Below, one piece after another: positions 37,876-40,983 of a DNA stretch of 40,983 nt. Location of the stretch: positions 1 through 40,983 of the forward strand of contig RGBY01000001.1 of assembly GCA_009919445.1 (NCBI GenBank). Direction: 5' to 3'. Under the pieces are notes generated by a model. That model ran no database searches. It saw only the letters and a program-made list of their open reading frames with translations, and was not told the DNA's origin. Made by a program: the position numbers and the translations under genes. Within the stretch, counting starts at the first letter, position 1, and each line of letters begins with the position of its first letter. The DNA comes from Planctomycetia bacterium (GTDB taxonomy: Bacteria > Planctomycetota > Planctomycetia > Pirellulales > UBA1268).

Positions 37876-38616
37876 ATGATGCCGACACCACGACGGAAGT
37901 CATCCTGGGTCAGACAGCGGCTGCTCACCCGGCCCAAGTCAGTACTCGGCCTGCACCCCCGCCGAGGCGGTCTTCACTCGCTGCATCTGCCTCATTCATG
38001 GCCACGCCACGTCCGCCGCCGGAAACGCTGGAGCCGAGCCAAGTCAGCCGGCCTGGATCCCGTTACGGAGGCCGTCGGCAGCCACCACCGCAGCGACGAC
38101 CTGGCCCGGCTTGAGGCAGCCCTGTTTATCTCCCGAGAACCACTTCCCATCCGCCGGCTGGCAAAACTCGCCCGGCTGCCGGATGCCACACGGGGCCGCA
38201 GCCTGCTGCGAGAACTGAACCAGTTCTTCGACGCTGCTGGATCTGCCTTTCGAGTCGAGCATGTCGCTGGAGGGTTTCAGCTGCTGACTCGTGCCCAGTT
38301 TGGGCCATGGGTGCGGCGAACCCTGGAATATCCGGCTGAAAACCGGCTCTCAACGGCTGCCCTCGAAACCCTTTCGATTGTTGCCTACCGCCAACCAGTG
38401 ACCCGGCCGGAAATTGAGGCCATCCGCGGGGTCGGCTCAGAAGAAATGCTGCGGCAACTCCTCGACCGAGATCTGATCGCCATTGGTGGGCGGAGCGACG
38501 AGCTGGGGCGTCCGAATGTCTATATCACCAGCCGGTACTTCCTCCGGGTCTTCGGCCTCGGACGAATCGAGGATCTCCCCCCGATCGAATCGCCTCCGGC
38601 CGACTCGAACGCCTGA
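37876..38616 (+). CDS. scpB: segregation and condensation protein B with basic N-terminal extension
   Basis: LEAALFISREPLPIRRLAKL..., TAALETLSIVAYRQPVTRPEIEAIRGV, GRPNVYITSRYFLRVFGL. About 75 extra R/K/H-rich residues at the N-terminus. Confidence 0.85.
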   Translation: MMPTPRRKSSWVRQRLLTRPKSVLGLHPRRGGLHSLHLPHSWPRHVRRRKRWSRAKSAGLDPVTEAVGSHHRSDDLARLEAALFISREPLPIRRLAKLARLPDATRGRSLLRELNQFFDAAGSAFRVEHVAGGFQLLTRAQFGPWVRRTLEYPAENRLSTAALETLSIVAYRQPVTRPEIEAIRGVGSEEMLRQLLDRDLIAIGGRSDELGRPNVYITSRYFLRVFGLGRIEDLPPIESPPADSNA

Positions 38617-38778
38617 GAGGTCCGGTTTTTTTGCCGTCGCCGCTTGCACCGCACCGGTGCCGTTGGCATATTGCTCAGCCCGCTTGATTTGCTGCGAATG
38701 GCAGCCCGCAGACTGCCGAATGCCAGCCGATCAGGAGGTGACGACCACCAAATACGGTCGCCCCCAAAACCTGCACGA

Positions 38779-38806
38779 AAGTTGCCGGAAAAAAACGCCG
38801 ACAACC
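38779..38806 (-). terminator. orphan intrinsic-terminator-like hairpin on the minus strand
   Basis: Read on the minus strand: gccgaca-cttggt-tgtcggc followed by gttttttt (seven T). No minus-strand gene ends nearby. Confidence 0.4.
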
Positions 38807-39000
38807 AAGTGTCGGCAGCAAACCGCCTCCACAAGCTCGACCTCGCTGGGATGATCCCTGAGGGACAGCCGCCAGAGCGGCAGGCGACCGGCAAAAAATT
38901 TTGACCAGGGACTTGGCTGGAGGCCCGGTCATCGTCCACAATTTTCGACAGTGTTCTTTTCCACGAATGACCTCGTGAAGCGACTTCAGGAGACGAAGCA

Positions 39001-39498
<498 letters not shown>

Positions 39499-39517
39499 TC
39501 GCCCAGGTTCGTCCGCA

Positions 39518-39538
39518 GCAGCACTCGCCTCGTGCTGC
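39518..39538. terminator. hairpin between convergent genes (acidic protein / M28 peptidase)
   Basis: gcagcac-tcgcctc-gtgctgc, a 7-bp stem followed by cttt. Weak U-tract. Confidence 0.3.
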
Positions 39539-39556
39539 CTTTCCCATCAAGTCTCA

Positions 39557-40798
39557 TCAATCATTCCAGGTGAGCCTGACATACTGGCCCTTTCTGGAAA
39601 CGGTCACGTCAACCGCGGACGACTTCCCGATAGCCGCGAGCCGTTGCATCATGTCCTGCTGGCCGGTGATTGGCGTTCCGTCAATCTCAACGATGCGATC
39701 TTTCAGCCTGAGTCCGCCACGTTCTGCTGGAGAACCAGCCCGCATGGCAACTACCAGGGCTGCGGTCGGGTTGGCCGAATCTGCTCGGATGCCAATACCC
39801 CAACGCCCCGGGCTGTCCGGCGCAGAGCCGGTGGCATCGGCGACTTGCAGGAGCGTGTCGAATGTCAGCCGAGCCACGGGCTCAAGGCCATCCAGATTGA
39901 CGAGATGGGCATCGTCGCTTGGCCGGTGGTAATCGTTGTGCAGGCCGGTGTGAAACATCAGTGTGGGGATACCGGCCTGCAAGAACGAGTAATGATCCGA
40001 GTCTGGCTCGACCTTCCAATCGAATGCCAACTGCAGGGCTGTCCCGCCTGAAAGGCAGTTGGTTCGGGTGACGAGTTCCTCAAGGCCAACCGCGGACCGG
40101 GTGCCATAAACCGACACGGTCTGCTGCCGCAGCCGGCCGATCATGTCGAGATTGATTGAAAAGACAATCGTCTTGCCCTCGATGCTCGCCGGGCGGGACC
40201 GCAGAAAGTGCTTGGAGCCCAGCAGACCCTGTTCCTCGCCATCCCAAAAGGCCAGCAGAATTGGCCGCCGCGGAGGCTGCGGCAGACTCGCCAGAGCCTC
40301 AGCAATCTCAATCAGCCCGGCAACCCCTGAGGCATTATCATCGGCACCATTGTGAACGAACCCAAAGGGGCCATAGCTGTTCCGCTGATTCCCATAGCCC
40401 ACATGGTCGTAGTGGGCGCCAACAACCACCAACTCGTCTTGGCAGGCAGGGTCGGCCCCCGGCAGCAGGGCCAGGATGTTTCGTAACGAGCCGTGACGAC
40501 TTGCGAACGACTGAAAAAAGCTGCCGTTATCGCCTGCCGCCACAAATCCAAGCGGAGCGATGACCTGCTCCACATAGCGACCAGCTGCCCGCCCCCCGCG
40601 CCGGCCGGCTTCGCGCCCCTCGAAGGCATCGTCAGCAAGTGCCTGGACGTGCCCTCCGGCATCACGGCCAAGAATTCCCGCCCGTCCTCGCAACGCCTCG
40701 GCAGAAAAAGCTGCCTCACGAGGGATGACGAACAAACCAGCCGTCACCACCAGCAGCAGGAGCCCGCTTGCGAGCCGTGCGATGACATTTCGGGGCAT
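39557..40798 (-). CDS. M28-family zinc aminopeptidase with C-terminal PDZ domain
   Basis: HYDHVG, NGADDNASGVAGLIEIAEAL, FWDGEEQGLLGSKHF. PDZ-like GIGIRAD...AGSPAERGGLRLKDRIVEIDGTPI. ATG at 40798 gives the signal-anchor MPRNVIARLASGLLLLVV. A GTG at 40846 is also possible. Confidence 0.85.
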   Translation of the reverse strand: MPRNVIARLASGLLLLVVTAGLFVIPREAAFSAEALRGRAGILGRDAGGHVQALADDAFEGREAGRRGGRAAGRYVEQVIAPLGFVAAGDNGSFFQSFASRHGSLRNILALLPGADPACQDELVVVGAHYDHVGYGNQRNSYGPFGFVHNGADDNASGVAGLIEIAEALASLPQPPRRPILLAFWDGEEQGLLGSKHFLRSRPASIEGKTIVFSINLDMIGRLRQQTVSVYGTRSAVGLEELVTRTNCLSGGTALQLAFDWKVEPDSDHYSFLQAGIPTLMFHTGLHNDYHRPSDDAHLVNLDGLEPVARLTFDTLLQVADATGSAPDSPGRWGIGIRADSANPTAALVVAMRAGSPAERGGLRLKDRIVEIDGTPITGQQDMMQRLAAIGKSSAVDVTVSRKGQYVRLTWND

Positions 40799-40957
40799 TT
40801 CCACGCGGTGACTCCGGGGGCTCCTTGCAAGTGATCCCAACGTCACTCAGAATGCCTTTTAGGAATTCTCTCGTCCAGAGAAATTCCAGGGCGGCAAGTC
40901 GCTGCGGCCATTCCTGCAGATTGCAATATGGCCTGTGGAGTGACCCATCGCCTGCCG

Positions 40958-40983
40958 GGAGAGGTGGCAGAGTGGTCGAATGC
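40958..40983 (+). tRNA. 5' fragment of a class II tRNA, probably tRNA-Ser, truncated by the window end
   Basis: ggagaggtggcagagtggtcgaatgc resembles a tRNA-Ser acceptor/D-arm. The anticodon lies outside the window, so the isotype is unconfirmed. Confidence 0.5.

Overview
GC-rich bacterial chromosomal window. The lineage is probably Planctomycetota, inferred from gene content only: NusG with a long acidic N-terminal extension, an orphan RNAP alpha-CTD gene, a formylglycine-generating enzyme, and a Cys/Pro-rich YTV-like secreted protein. No rRNA was seen. The first ~16 kb is the conserved translation/transcription core: tRNA-Thr, a 551-nt gap, tRNA-Tyr/Gly/Thr, tuf, tRNA-Trp, secE, nusG, rplK, rplA, rplJ, rplL, rpoB, rpoC. 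Several intergenic spacers in this core are unusually long. The remaining ~25 kb holds housekeeping and accessory genes: CHAD protein, FGE, PolX, UvrD/PcrA, prepilin-peptidase-like protein, flippase-like membrane protein, NUDIX, YgfZ-like, XRE-type HTH, RdgB, a glycosyltransferase, ScpB and an M28-PDZ peptidase, plus lineage-specific hypotheticals. No CRISPR array, IS element, integrase or prophage signature was seen. The best candidate for an undescribed system is a minus-strand cluster at 21382-24169. It runs orphan alpha-CTD gene, then a DUF3592-type four-TM membrane protein with a C-terminal beta-rich domain, then a small soluble paralogue of that domain, then a minimal P-loop NTPase. The last three genes are joined by ATGA start/stop overlaps. 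The second notable locus is a polyacidic D/E/G/Y/W-only protein gene (39001-39498). It contains a perfect 48-bp direct repeat flanking a (GAGTAC)4 microsatellite and sits next to a ScpB with a strongly basic N-terminal extension. All family calls come from motifs read by eye, and no database search was run.
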